This document shows positions 41,359 to 48,830 of a DNA stretch of 50,347 bases, piece by piece. Under the pieces are notes generated by a model, which saw nothing but the letters and a program-made list of their open reading frames with translations, was not told the origin of the DNA and did no database searches. Each line of letters begins with the position of its first letter. The first letter of the stretch is position 1. The position numbers were made by a program, and so were the translations under genes. Origin of the DNA: a virus; the IMG/VR virus record IMGVR_UViG_3300027660_000001. The stretch is one strand, 5' to 3'.

Positions 41359-43373
41359 ACGGAGGACCAGGCGCTTAGGTAGCGAATGTTGAATATAAAG
41401 GGCTGAAGGGAAGCGGTGAAACTTGCCGTAGGGGCGGTTGAAAGGACGTTGGTCCAGGTGACCGCGGTAGAACCGCGAGTGAAGTTTGCAATTCGGTACT
41501 CACCGGTGGAGAAGAATACGGCGTACTGGTCGGTGTTCGAGGCCCAAGGAGCTGAGAGCGTGGCGCCGATTCCAGAGGGCGGGGCAGTGAAAGTATAAGC
41601 CCCGGTGCCGAGATGGGACTGCCAGCCGCAGATCATGTAGTAGTGGAAGGTGGCCATATCGGCGTTGAAGGCGGCGGTGCTCTTCAAGTACTGCGCAACG
41701 CCGTCACAATAAAAGGTGAGCAGCATACCCACCGGGTCGTAGCTCACGCCTAAGATGTGCTCGATGGTGCGATCAAGAGGGATGCCGGTATTGAGAATAT
41801 TATTGGTCGCGACCCCGGAGACCCAATGGATGACGTTCGAGCGCATGCCGAAGGTCGAGTTATTGGCATCGCGCACGAACCCGGGCTCATCGACGTCAAT
41901 CTCGACGTAGGTCGTGGTGGGCACCGATCCATGCTCGATGGGCAGCATCCAGCAGGCTTGGAAGTTGGCGAAATTATTGATCGAGGCATGGGTCGCCCAT
42001 TCGGCGTAGAAGCCCGCGGCGGCGCTCAATAGCGGCAACTGCTGCGTGCCAAAGGTCGGGCTCCCCGTAATCACGCCGCCCTGCTGCAGCTGCAATTGGC
42101 CGCCGACGTTCTGGGCAAAGCCGCTCGAGGGGTTAAAACCTGTGGTGCTGGTTGCCATCGTTTGGTAGTAGAGACGGGCAAAGAGGGGGCCGTTCGCGGT
42201 CTCCGTGAAGTCGATATTGGCGACGGTCGGATTGATGAAGAACTTGTTGACGGTGTAGCCCAGGGCCGCCGCGCCGGGCGGGATCACGGTGGGGCCTGAA
42301 GGGATTACTGCTGGCGCCGCGGGGTAGTCCAAGAGCGATGAGGGAGTGACCTTAATCGTTGCGCTCTGCAGATACATCCAATCCGTTGCGGCGGTGTCCA
42401 ATTGCAGGTTGATCGAGATGTACTGGCCTACCGTGGTGTCGATTGTGAGGGGGAGGAAGTTGATGCCTGCACCAGGCTCCCCGGTGCTCTGGTTCATCAC
42501 CGTTTGCTGGTTGGCGACTCCAGCATTGCGGATGCTGTGGAACACTGTGTTGGTGAGCCCAGTTGTCGTGACGACAAATGCAGGGGCTACGGCGGTAGCG
42601 CTTATGACTGGGGTTAGGCGCTTGTTGGTAGCGGAGTTGAAGCAAGTGAAGCCGTATTCGAGGGTGAGTTCGTTGCTCAAGCCCATCACGTTGGCGGGCA
42701 GCGGGATAATGAGCGAACTGATCCCGGGTGCGGCAGTAACCTGGGTATAGGCACCGGGGCCGGTGGCGATGATGCCGACCGGAGCCGCGGGGATTGAGGG
42801 CTGGCCGCCGAAGTACATGTTGGCAAACACGGTCCCAAGCGTGGTCGAGGACATCTGCACGAAGTACCAGCCGAATAGCGAACTGGTGTAGAGGGCTCCA
42901 GCAGGAAAGTACATGTAGCAATTCGAGATGATGCGATCAAGGGCGGTGGTAAGGGTCAACGCTCCGTTAGCCGCCATCGAGCCGCTGGAACACAAGACAA
43001 ACGGAATCGCCGTTTGGGCCAGTACCACCGGGGCAGGCATGATCCAGCGTCTTCCATTCCACCACCACAGGCCGCAGTCGGCAGTGACGTACTGGGGGTA
43101 GCCAACGATGTTGGAGGAGGTGTACTGGGTGGTGAGCTGGGCCAGGGTTAAAGAACTCGGAGTTGCGCCGAGGGAGAGCTGCAGGGACGTTATAGCGGCA
43201 GAATTGGCCGCGACGTTAGTGTTCGTCGCTGCGATAGAAGTGTTAAGCCCTGGGATCGTAGAGTCGTTTAGGGCGTTAATCGATACGACCGTTGGGTTGA
43301 TAGTGTTTGTTGCCGCCGCAGGGGCTGTGGTGGCACTACCAGGAGTCGTAGAGATTAAGGGAATATCGGGCAT
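41355..43373 (-). CDS. tail fibre protein with C-terminal GH16/concanavalin-like glucanase domain
   Basis: Track ORF 41355..43466 trimmed to ATG 43373, one nt after the upstream TAA. FQACWMLPIEHGSVPTTTYVEIDVDEPG matches the GH16 pattern WPAFWMLP...GEIDIxE. Later LLTFYCDGV resembles the GH16 fyvDG strand. Confidence 0.55.
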   Translation of the reverse strand: MPDIPLISTTPGSATTAPAAATNTINPTVVSINALNDSTIPGLNTSIAATNTNVAANSAAITSLQLSLGATPSSLTLAQLTTQYTSSNIVGYPQYVTADCGLWWWNGRRWIMPAPVVLAQTAIPFVLCSSGSMAANGALTLTTALDRIISNCYMYFPAGALYTSSLFGWYFVQMSSTTLGTVFANMYFGGQPSIPAAPVGIIATGPGAYTQVTAAPGISSLIIPLPANVMGLSNELTLEYGFTCFNSATNKRLTPVISATAVAPAFVVTTTGLTNTVFHSIRNAGVANQQTVMNQSTGEPGAGINFLPLTIDTTVGQYISINLQLDTAATDWMYLQSATIKVTPSSLLDYPAAPAVIPSGPTVIPPGAAALGYTVNKFFINPTVANIDFTETANGPLFARLYYQTMATSTTGFNPSSGFAQNVGGQLQLQQGGVITGSPTFGTQQLPLLSAAAGFYAEWATHASINNFANFQACWMLPIEHGSVPTTTYVEIDVDEPGFVRDANNSTFGMRSNVIHWVSGVATNNILNTGIPLDRTIEHILGVSYDPVGMLLTFYCDGVAQYLKSTAAFNADMATFHYYMICGWQSHLGTGAYTFTAPPSGIGATLSAPWASNTDQYAVFFSTGEYRIANFTRGSTAVTWTNVLSTAPTASFTASLQPFIFNIRYLSAWSSV

Positions 43374-43374
43374 C

Positions 43375-44454
43375 TTAGTTCGGCAACCAGACGGTTCCGG
43401 CGAGATGGTAGATGTAGCGCAGAGTGCCCAAGGGGCCGGCGGTGAGGGTAATCGGTGCCGTGCCACCGATGGTCTGGGAAGTATTGGGGCTTAGGGTCAA
43501 GCCCGTTACGGTCTGCGTTGAACTGATACGAATCTGCTGCCCGTCGATCGGGGTGGCTGGCATGGTGATGGTGCCAGTGGCTAAGGTACCGGCAGGGTTT
43601 AAGCACAGGGAAGTGGTGTTGTTGCCGATCGTGATCGAGAAGCCGGTGGTCGGGACCTGCACCGACTTCGACTGATCGGCGCGGGCGAACAGAGTGATGA
43701 AATTGCCATTGGCATCGAAGGAGCCGCGGGCGACGCCGTTGGTGCTGAAACCTAAGGTGTTGGTGGCTGGGAGGTAGGTGCCATTGGCGACGATCGTCGC
43801 GCCGGTGACACGATAACCACTTGCGGTGATCGGGCCGCCAAAGGAAGTCACACCATTGGCGCCGGAGGCTACGCTGATGCTGGCAAAATAGGCGCCGCCG
43901 TTGGTGGCGCTGGAGATATTGAGCGCGCTTGTGGGGTTAGCGGCGCCCTGGACCGGGACGACCTCGAAGATCCAGTCGACCAGTTGGGACGCGGCCGGAG
44001 TCGTCGCCCAGCCCTGGCCCTGCAGGTGCAGGCGCGGGGAATACTGCTGGCTCGCGGCAGCCGCAGCGGTGGGCGTTTTGAGGAGGAGCCCATCGCCCGA
44101 GGTGTTGGCGGCGATGACAGCAGAGATGTTCTGGGCGACGCTGTAGGGCACGCTCTGCGTAGGGTCAATGGCTACGGTGCCAGTCGTGGTGACCACGCCG
44201 CCGGTCAGACCTGTGCCGAAGGTAATTGAGGTGACTGGAGCGGTGGCGGCGATCAGTTGCTTTGAACTATTCGACGCGAGGTACGCCGCGCTCGTCGGGA
44301 CGACAGCACCGTTGACCTGGATCACGGAGGCTGCAACGCTGCCGGAGCCTGAGGCCGTGACATCGCCGGTGAGGGCTGTGATGCCGCTGCCACCTGTACC
44401 AGCCGCTCCCGGGACGGCGGTTACCCCGCTGGCTTGAGTTACCCCGGTGGTCAC
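43375..44454 (-). CDS. tail fibre protein (359 aa)
   Basis: Gly/Thr/Ala/Ser-rich beta-type sequence. ATGA-type overlap with the upstream ORF. Confidence 0.55.
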   Translation of the reverse strand: MTTGVTQASGVTAVPGAAGTGGSGITALTGDVTASGSGSVAASVIQVNGAVVPTSAAYLASNSSKQLIAATAPVTSITFGTGLTGGVVTTTGTVAIDPTQSVPYSVAQNISAVIAANTSGDGLLLKTPTAAAAASQQYSPRLHLQGQGWATTPAASQLVDWIFEVVPVQGAANPTSALNISSATNGGAYFASISVASGANGVTSFGGPITASGYRVTGATIVANGTYLPATNTLGFSTNGVARGSFDANGNFITLFARADQSKSVQVPTTGFSITIGNNTTSLCLNPAGTLATGTITMPATPIDGQQIRISSTQTVTGLTLSPNTSQTIGGTAPITLTAGPLGTLRYIYHLAGTVWLPN

Positions 44455-45059
44455 CTGGCACTTCCTTGGAGGATTAAGAGATCCACTGCCCCACCAGTTA
44501 GGGTGTTGGCTTTGAGCCTGATGGCTCGGACTGGAAAGGCATAGTTGCCATCGGCTCGAAGGCCTGTGAGGCCTGGGTTACCTGTTCCAGAGTTGAGGGT
44601 GGCGTGGGGGAAAACTCGCATGCGGCGGAGCCAGGCGGCGCCTGAATCGGCTAGAGGACCCGAGTTGGCCACGGTGTAGGTGTAGGCTGTGTTTGAGGTC
44701 ACCGTTATGTCTGCGCCCAAATCCCCGTTCTGAATACCTACGCCTGTACGCAGAGTGTCGAACGGTGGCCCAGAGCCGCCGATGATAACGTTATCGCCTG
44801 TAGACATCCCATGGCCCAGGCCATCTGGCCCTGGATCAAAAACCGTCGCTGTAGTACCCACTCGAGTGATCTGAATCGAATTCCCTGCCACCCTCGTCTG
44901 ATCCAAATCGTCAAACGAATGCTGGACGTTGTAAGTCAACCCGGTGGCGGTGGACCAGGGAACCACTCCCAGTCCCACCGCAAACGCTGTCTCAATATAA
45001 TTGATCGGAATCCATTGGGAATTCCCTGCCGCCGTGACCGTGATCCGAACTGGACGCAT
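44451..45059 (-). CDS. hypothetical tail-cluster protein (202 aa)
   Basis: SD taggag 7 nt upstream. Confidence 0.55.
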   Translation of the reverse strand: MRPVRITVTAAGNSQWIPINYIETAFAVGLGVVPWSTATGLTYNVQHSFDDLDQTRVAGNSIQITRVGTTATVFDPGPDGLGHGMSTGDNVIIGGSGPPFDTLRTGVGIQNGDLGADITVTSNTAYTYTVANSGPLADSGAAWLRRMRVFPHATLNSGTGNPGLTGLRADGNYAFPVRAIRLKANTLTGGAVDLLILQGSAR

Positions 45060-45082
45060 GGATGGACTCCTAAGGGATTAAA

Positions 45083-45102
45083 GTAGCTCGAGGACTCGCC
45101 TG
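45083..45102. repeat. 20-nt exact direct repeat, copy 1 (intergenic)
   Basis: gtagctcgaggactcgcctg, identical to 45380..45399. Confidence 0.9.
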
Positions 45103-45104
45103 GG

Positions 45105-45272
45105 TTACTCGTGCCCTGCCATTTTCTGGTGGAGGCGAACAGAGTCGGCGGTCTTGGGGATGAAGGATTCGGCCGAAGTGAGAGTCTGAAGAGCTTTCGA
45201 CCGATCGACGAACTTGCAGGCCGGCGGCGACGTAAGAGCCTTTTTCCCCTTTCCTCCCTTGCCCCTACGCAT
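45105..45272 (-). CDS. candidate basic mini-protein (55 aa)
   Basis: Manual translation MRRGKGGKGKKALTSPPACKFVDRSKALQTLTSAESFIPKTADSVRLHQKMAGHE. The ATG overlaps the upstream stop (ATGCGTAG). It fills an otherwise 205-nt gap. Below the track cut-off. Confidence 0.3.
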   Translation of the reverse strand: MRRGKGGKGKKALTSPPACKFVDRSKALQTLTSAESFIPKTADSVRLHQKMAGHE

Positions 45273-45912
45273 TCGAGGCTCCGGGCAGTGGAGCCTGGAC
45301 GTTGACCGGCGGCGGCGGCTCAGGCATCTTCGGAGTCTCCACGACGGCCTTCTCAGGCGTTGCGCGCGAAGGTTCTACGGTAGCTCGAGGACTCGCCTGC
45401 GGCTGGGTCTGGATTTCGGTCTTCACCGCCCCGATGGTATAGACGCCCTTGGCGATCTCACTGCTCGGATAGTCCGCCGCCATGGCCAGGGCCTTGAGGG
45501 TGAGCGAAGCATCGATGGCGAGGGGGACGCTATAGACTGGTGAGACTGAGGTAGGATCTGAGCCGTCGAGGGTGTAGTAGATCACGGCGTCGGCGGGAAG
45601 AACCGCGGGTAGCTTCGGCGGCTGGAGAGCCACCGTCACCGTTTGGGCTTCAGGGTAAGGTCCGGCTAGGGGCAGAAACGTCGGGGTTGGGAGGGGAGCG
45701 GGCTTGGTGGTCAACTCGGCGAGCTTTCCAGAGGCGGTGAAAGGCGCCCCGTCGGCGGCGAATCCGGCCACAACCACCTGATCATTCTTGCCCTCAGCCA
45801 CTACCCAGGCCATTTCGCCCAGAGGCTCTTTGCCCGCGGCGGCCGGCGGCACGAGGTGGGTTAGTTCCCTCACCCCTTTCCGAAAAACCTTCACCTGCGC
45901 AAATAATGTCAT
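45265..45912 (-). CDS. CHB_HEX_C-type carbohydrate-associated domain protein with Pro-rich tail (215 aa)
   Basis: Track ORF trimmed to ATG 45912, 7 nt after aaggag. GPYPEAQTVTV...AVIYYTLDGSDPTSVSPVYSVPLAIDASLTLKALAMA...KGVYTI parallels the N-terminal domain of the GH5 protein. Confidence 0.6.
   Translation of the reverse strand: MTLFAQVKVFRKGVRELTHLVPPAAAGKEPLGEMAWVVAEGKNDQVVVAGFAADGAPFTASGKLAELTTKPAPLPTPTFLPLAGPYPEAQTVTVALQPPKLPAVLPADAVIYYTLDGSDPTSVSPVYSVPLAIDASLTLKALAMAADYPSSEIAKGVYTIGAVKTEIQTQPQASPRATVEPSRATPEKAVVETPKMPEPPPPVNVQAPLPGASNA
45380..45399. repeat. 20-nt exact direct repeat, copy 2 (inside CDS 45265..45912)
   Basis: gtagctcgaggactcgcctg. On the minus strand it encodes QASPRAT. 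Confidence 0.9.
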
Positions 45913-45955
45913 TTGAGAACTCCTTGGATCAATCAAAGCCATATTGTGCTAGCCC

Positions 45956-45972
45956 CCGACCCGGAGGGTCGG
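45956..45972 (-). terminator. GC hairpin between the first two late genes (weak terminator/processing candidate)
   Basis: CCGACCC-(3 nt)-GGGTCGG, a perfect 7-bp stem. No U-tract. Confidence 0.25.
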
Positions 45973-46028
45973 CTGGGAAAGTCAAATCGAATTCCGAGCG
46001 TATCTTACTATCCGCCCATGGCGGCTGT

Positions 46029-46655
46029 TCAAGTCTCCACCTCTATCTCGGCCTTCTTACGACTCAACAGTCCCGTCAGCCTCTCACCCAGATTCTCGAG
46101 ATGTTGGTCAATATTAACCTGAACCGCCACGGTTTGCTCTCTGGCCCCATAACCCAGAGCCCGGGTGGAAAGCTCGAGGGTTCGGAGAGCCAGATTGTCC
46201 GGGATCGCCGCCGGCTCGCCCTTGAGCTTTTCCTTCAGAATCTCCATCGACCGATTGAGCATTCCCTTGAGCCCGTCCTCGATCGTCGCTCGAAGCGTAG
46301 GGTCTTCGATCTCCTGGGCACGCTCGAGGAGCCTGGCTTGAAAGGCATCCGAGGACATGACCTGGGAGATCCAGCTCGCCGAATAGCCCATGCGGGCGGC
46401 TAGCTCATTCTGACTAATCCCTCTATTCGCGAGAATCAGGTTTATCAGCCCATCATGAGAGTAGTTAACTCTCTGAATCGCCTGTTTAACCGGCGCGTTC
46501 TCTGGGATGCCGCCGGGTGGAACCCCGGCTTCGACCGTCACAGAGCTAATCAGTCTCTCAAAGTCATCACTCATAACCTGAATCTCAAGGTCGGCGGCGG
46601 CAAGGCCATCGCGCACCATGACACATCCCCCGATCCGAGTCAACCAAGAGTTCAC
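46029..46655 (-). CDS. HTH DNA-binding protein, first gene of the late arm (late regulator or small terminase candidate)
   Basis: 208 aa from GTG 46655. An alternative ATG 46619 has a GGGGGA SD. HTH-like ISQNELAARMGYSASWISQVMS followed by a helical C-terminal half. Confidence 0.5.
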   Translation of the reverse strand: MNSWLTRIGGCVMVRDGLAAADLEIQVMSDDFERLISSVTVEAGVPPGGIPENAPVKQAIQRVNYSHDGLINLILANRGISQNELAARMGYSASWISQVMSSDAFQARLLERAQEIEDPTLRATIEDGLKGMLNRSMEILKEKLKGEPAAIPDNLALRTLELSTRALGYGAREQTVAVQVNIDQHLENLGERLTGLLSRKKAEIEVET

Positions 46656-46983
46656 CCCTCTTCCCCGGACTTTGTGTTTTCTACGTAGAGAATCTGGAGA
46701 TTATGCACGTACAGAATTACTGCGCTGCGAACCCGCGAAAATGCCATAGTGGTGAAACGCCGCTCAGATAAAATTTCCCCCCTGGGTAGGTCCAGCCCCC
46801 TCGTCGGTCGGCCAGAGGATCTGAGGGACCGCCAAGGGCGAGAGGACAGGTAGACCGTCGAGAGGCGTGATGGTGTGATAGCTGAGTAGTACACCAGCGA
46901 GCTAGTGATATAGGGAGGGGGCTGAGTAGTGTGGTAGACAGGTGGTGCACTAGGCAGGTAGCACAGGGCCACGAGCCGGCGGC

Positions 46984-47033
46984 TGATATATCTCATATCA
47001 CATGGCAGATATGTTGCAGTGCAACACCTGCAA
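46984..47033. promoter_or_regulatory. operator-like palindromes upstream of the first early promoter
   Basis: TGATAT-atctc-ATATCA (46984-47000). TTGCAG-n8-CTGCAA (47014-47033), which contains TTGCA-g-TGCAA. TGATA half-sites also occur at 46876 and 46906. Confidence 0.4.
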
Positions 47034-47074
47034 GGATTGTGCCAAACGGGAGGAAAATAAATAACTTAATGTCG

Positions 47075-47102
47075 TTGACATTTGAGTCAGAGTCTATATA
47101 AT
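47075..47102 (+). promoter_or_regulatory. sigma70 consensus early promoter
   Basis: TTGACA (47075-47080), 16-nt spacer, TATAAT (47097-47102). GGAGACT at 47124 and ATG at 47136 follow. Confidence 0.65.
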
Positions 47103-47135
47103 CGATGGCGAACAGCAACCAATGGAGACTATCAA

Positions 47136-47351
47136 ATGGCTGAGATACCTACCTGTCGCGTGTGTCAACATGCGATACAACAGGACCGAGAGTTAATCTG
47201 TCGGCTGAACTACACACCAGCCAAGCAGTCATGGCAGATATGCGCGCGGGTTACGTTGAATCGGGACGAAAACGCTGCGTATGATGCGCGATGCAGATCA
47301 TACGCATTGGCGTGTCACAAGTATGAGAGAGATTTTTTCAGGAATGCTTGA
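47136..47351 (+). CDS. Cys-rich small early protein (71 aa)
   Basis: Track ORF 47082..47351 trimmed because its 5' part contains the promoter. ATG 47136 lies 5 nt after the GGAGACT box. Contains CRVCQH...ICRLN...CARV...C...C. Confidence 0.6.
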   Translation: MAEIPTCRVCQHAIQQDRELICRLNYTPAKQSWQICARVTLNRDENAAYDARCRSYALACHKYERDFFRNA

Positions 47352-47376
47352 CACGATTAGCAGCTTCGTGTAGGCT
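47348..47376 (+). promoter_or_regulatory. sigma70-like early promoter with overlapping inverted repeat
   Basis: TTGACA (47348-47353), 17-nt spacer, TAGGCT (47371-47376). The inverted repeat TAGCAGC (47358-47364) / GCTGCTA (47374-47380) spans the spacer and the -10. Confidence 0.5.
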
Positions 47377-47430
47377 GCTAGTCGAGTAGCAATTCCGCTG
47401 CTCATAGGTTTGAATAGGAGACTTTTATTT

Positions 47431-48021
47431 ATGGCACAGGCAAAGCCGAAAGGTAATTCAGTCGTCACGACGGTATGGACCGGATGGCAGCTGAAAATCG
47501 ATGTATTGGGCGCAGGGGCGATTCTGTTCAACGCCGATCAGATGTCGAAAGATAACCGAGAGACGGCTGAGAAACACGGATGGGTGCAGAGGCTGTGTGA
47601 TCGGGCAGCGATGCAGGCTCCAACGCGGAAGGCTCTGACGACAGAGGCGGAATGGCTGGGGATTTTGGCCAAGCACAAGATGGCGAAATTCTCAGCAATC
47701 GCCGAGTTGGCGCAGTATTATGAGGGTGGAGATGTCCCCTGGAAAATGACCGGAACGGCTGAGAAGGATGGCGGGCTGCTGTTCACGGCGCTTTGCGAGT
47801 TCAAACCGAGATTGACTGAGGGACAGATCGCAGAACATCTGAAAACGAGGACACCGGCGCAGTTGACTGAGATTCGAGCAATTCCTGAGATTGTCGATAT
47901 CATGAATCGGCTGAGGAAAGAGAGGGTTGCGAAGGTGGATACGAAGAGCGCACTGGGGGATTTAGCAGCGCTAGAATTGGTGGAGGAGGGGACTGAGACC
48001 GCGAACGAGTCAGTGGAATAA
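47431..48021 (+). CDS. unknown-family early protein, paralog B (196 aa; paralog of 3534..4211)
   Basis: Track ORF 47410..48021 trimmed to ATG 47431, 7 nt after the GGAGACT box. Own promoter, and followed by the giant hairpin. Similarity blocks are listed under 3534..4211. Confidence 0.7.
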   Translation: MAQAKPKGNSVVTTVWTGWQLKIDVLGAGAILFNADQMSKDNRETAEKHGWVQRLCDRAAMQAPTRKALTTEAEWLGILAKHKMAKFSAIAELAQYYEGGDVPWKMTGTAEKDGGLLFTALCEFKPRLTEGQIAEHLKTRTPAQLTEIRAIPEIVDIMNRLRKERVAKVDTKSALGDLAALELVEEGTETANESVE

Positions 48022-48075
48022 AAGGGGCTGTGGGCAGGGGGTAGGGACAGCAAACCTACCCGCTGACTCAAATCG

Positions 48076-48189
48076 CCACAACAACAACAATAAACAACAA
48101 CCAGAACATCATACTGGGTTCTTATTTTTTTTTTTTTTTTTTTTAAAAACCCAGTATGATGTGCTAGTTGTTTATTGTTGTTGTTGTGG
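48076..48189. repeat. 114-nt interrupted inverted repeat with T20-containing loop
   Basis: Left arm 48076-48120, right arm 48148-48189. A 23-bp outer stem (ccacaacaacaacaataaacaac) and a 15-bp inner stem (acatcatactgggtt) are separated by a 7/4-nt internal loop. The apical loop is cttat + T20 (48125-48144) + aaa. Confidence 0.9.
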
Positions 48190-48222
48190 GGTAAGAGTTA
48201 ATCGGCTGCGATCAACTCTTGG

Positions 48223-48251
48223 TTGACACGCGGACCGCCGTGGTGTATGGT
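48223..48251 (+). promoter_or_regulatory. sigma70-like early promoter
   Basis: TTGACA (48223-48228), 17-nt spacer, TATGGT (48246-48251). GGAGACT at 48292 and ATG at 48303 follow. Confidence 0.55.
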
Positions 48252-48302
48252 GTGGGGTTGATAGAGATAACGCGCCGATCGGGCGCACAAAGGAGACTTG
48301 AA

Positions 48303-48587
48303 ATGCAAGTAGGTGATAGAATAATCTGGTGCGGAGCAATGACTGGACCAGACCAGATACGCGAGGGAACAGTTACACGGGTTAGAAACTCTGGTGAGCC
48401 GCTCGTCTGGGTAGACAGCCAACATAAACCCGAAGACTGTATTTATCAGGCTTATTGTTGGCCAGCCCGAGTACGGGAAGAGTTGACAGCAATTCTGCTT
48501 GAACGTCAGCGGCTGCAGAAAGCAGCAGACGATTCGATGAAGCTGGTTTATGAACTCAAGAATGCAATCACACGAGGGGAGAAATGA
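48303..48587 (+). CDS. hypothetical protein (94 aa)
   Basis: Track ORF 48219..48587 trimmed to ATG 48303, downstream of the promoter and 4 nt after the GGAGACT box. Confidence 0.6.
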   Translation: MQVGDRIIWCGAMTGPDQIREGTVTRVRNSGEPLVWVDSQHKPEDCIYQAYCWPARVREELTAILLERQRLQKAADDSMKLVYELKNAITRGEK

Positions 48588-48829
48588 CTAAGCTGCCAAC
48601 CTGGAAGCAATTAGAAGCCTGGTGGAGATTTACACAGGAGAATCCAGTGCCACGCAAACCACACAAACCTGACCCGGTTAAGATATGCGCCCGGATGAAT
48701 AAGGGCTGGGCGTTTACCAAGTCAATGACGATAGACGAATACAAAGCAAAGAAGGACGCGATTCAACTGGATTTAGAAACCCTGCCGCCCGAGCAATTCG
48801 AGGCGAAGTACAAAACCTGGATGTACTGA
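48584..48829 (+). CDS. hypothetical protein (81 aa)
   Basis: ATGA overlap at 48584. Confidence 0.55.
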   Translation: MTKLPTWKQLEAWWRFTQENPVPRKPHKPDPVKICARMNKGWAFTKSMTIDEYKAKKDAIQLDLETLPPEQFEAKYKTWMY

Positions 48830-48830
48830 C

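Noticed and set aside
46724-46736. tRNA T-arm-like GGGTTCGCAGC (minus strand) in the control region; general tRNA/tmRNA search by eye
   Set aside because: No complementary T-stem, acceptor stem or anticodon arm can be drawn. No other GGTTCGA-type loop occurs in any intergenic region.
46652-46996. 114-aa minus-strand ORF in the divergent intergenic region, ending in a GTGA overlap with the first late gene
   Set aside because: The translation is Ser/Arg/Leu/Pro/Tyr-rich, has no motif and no SD, and is built from the repeat and palindrome sequences. It is more likely non-coding regulatory DNA or RNA. Conservation in relatives could revive it.
48125-48144. T20 tract as a mere sequencing or assembly artefact, or as part of a CRISPR-like or satellite repeat
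   Set aside because: It is centred precisely in a long, nearly perfect inverted repeat, which argues for a real structure. There are no repeat-spacer units. An artefact cannot be excluded without reads, so its exact length is uncertain.
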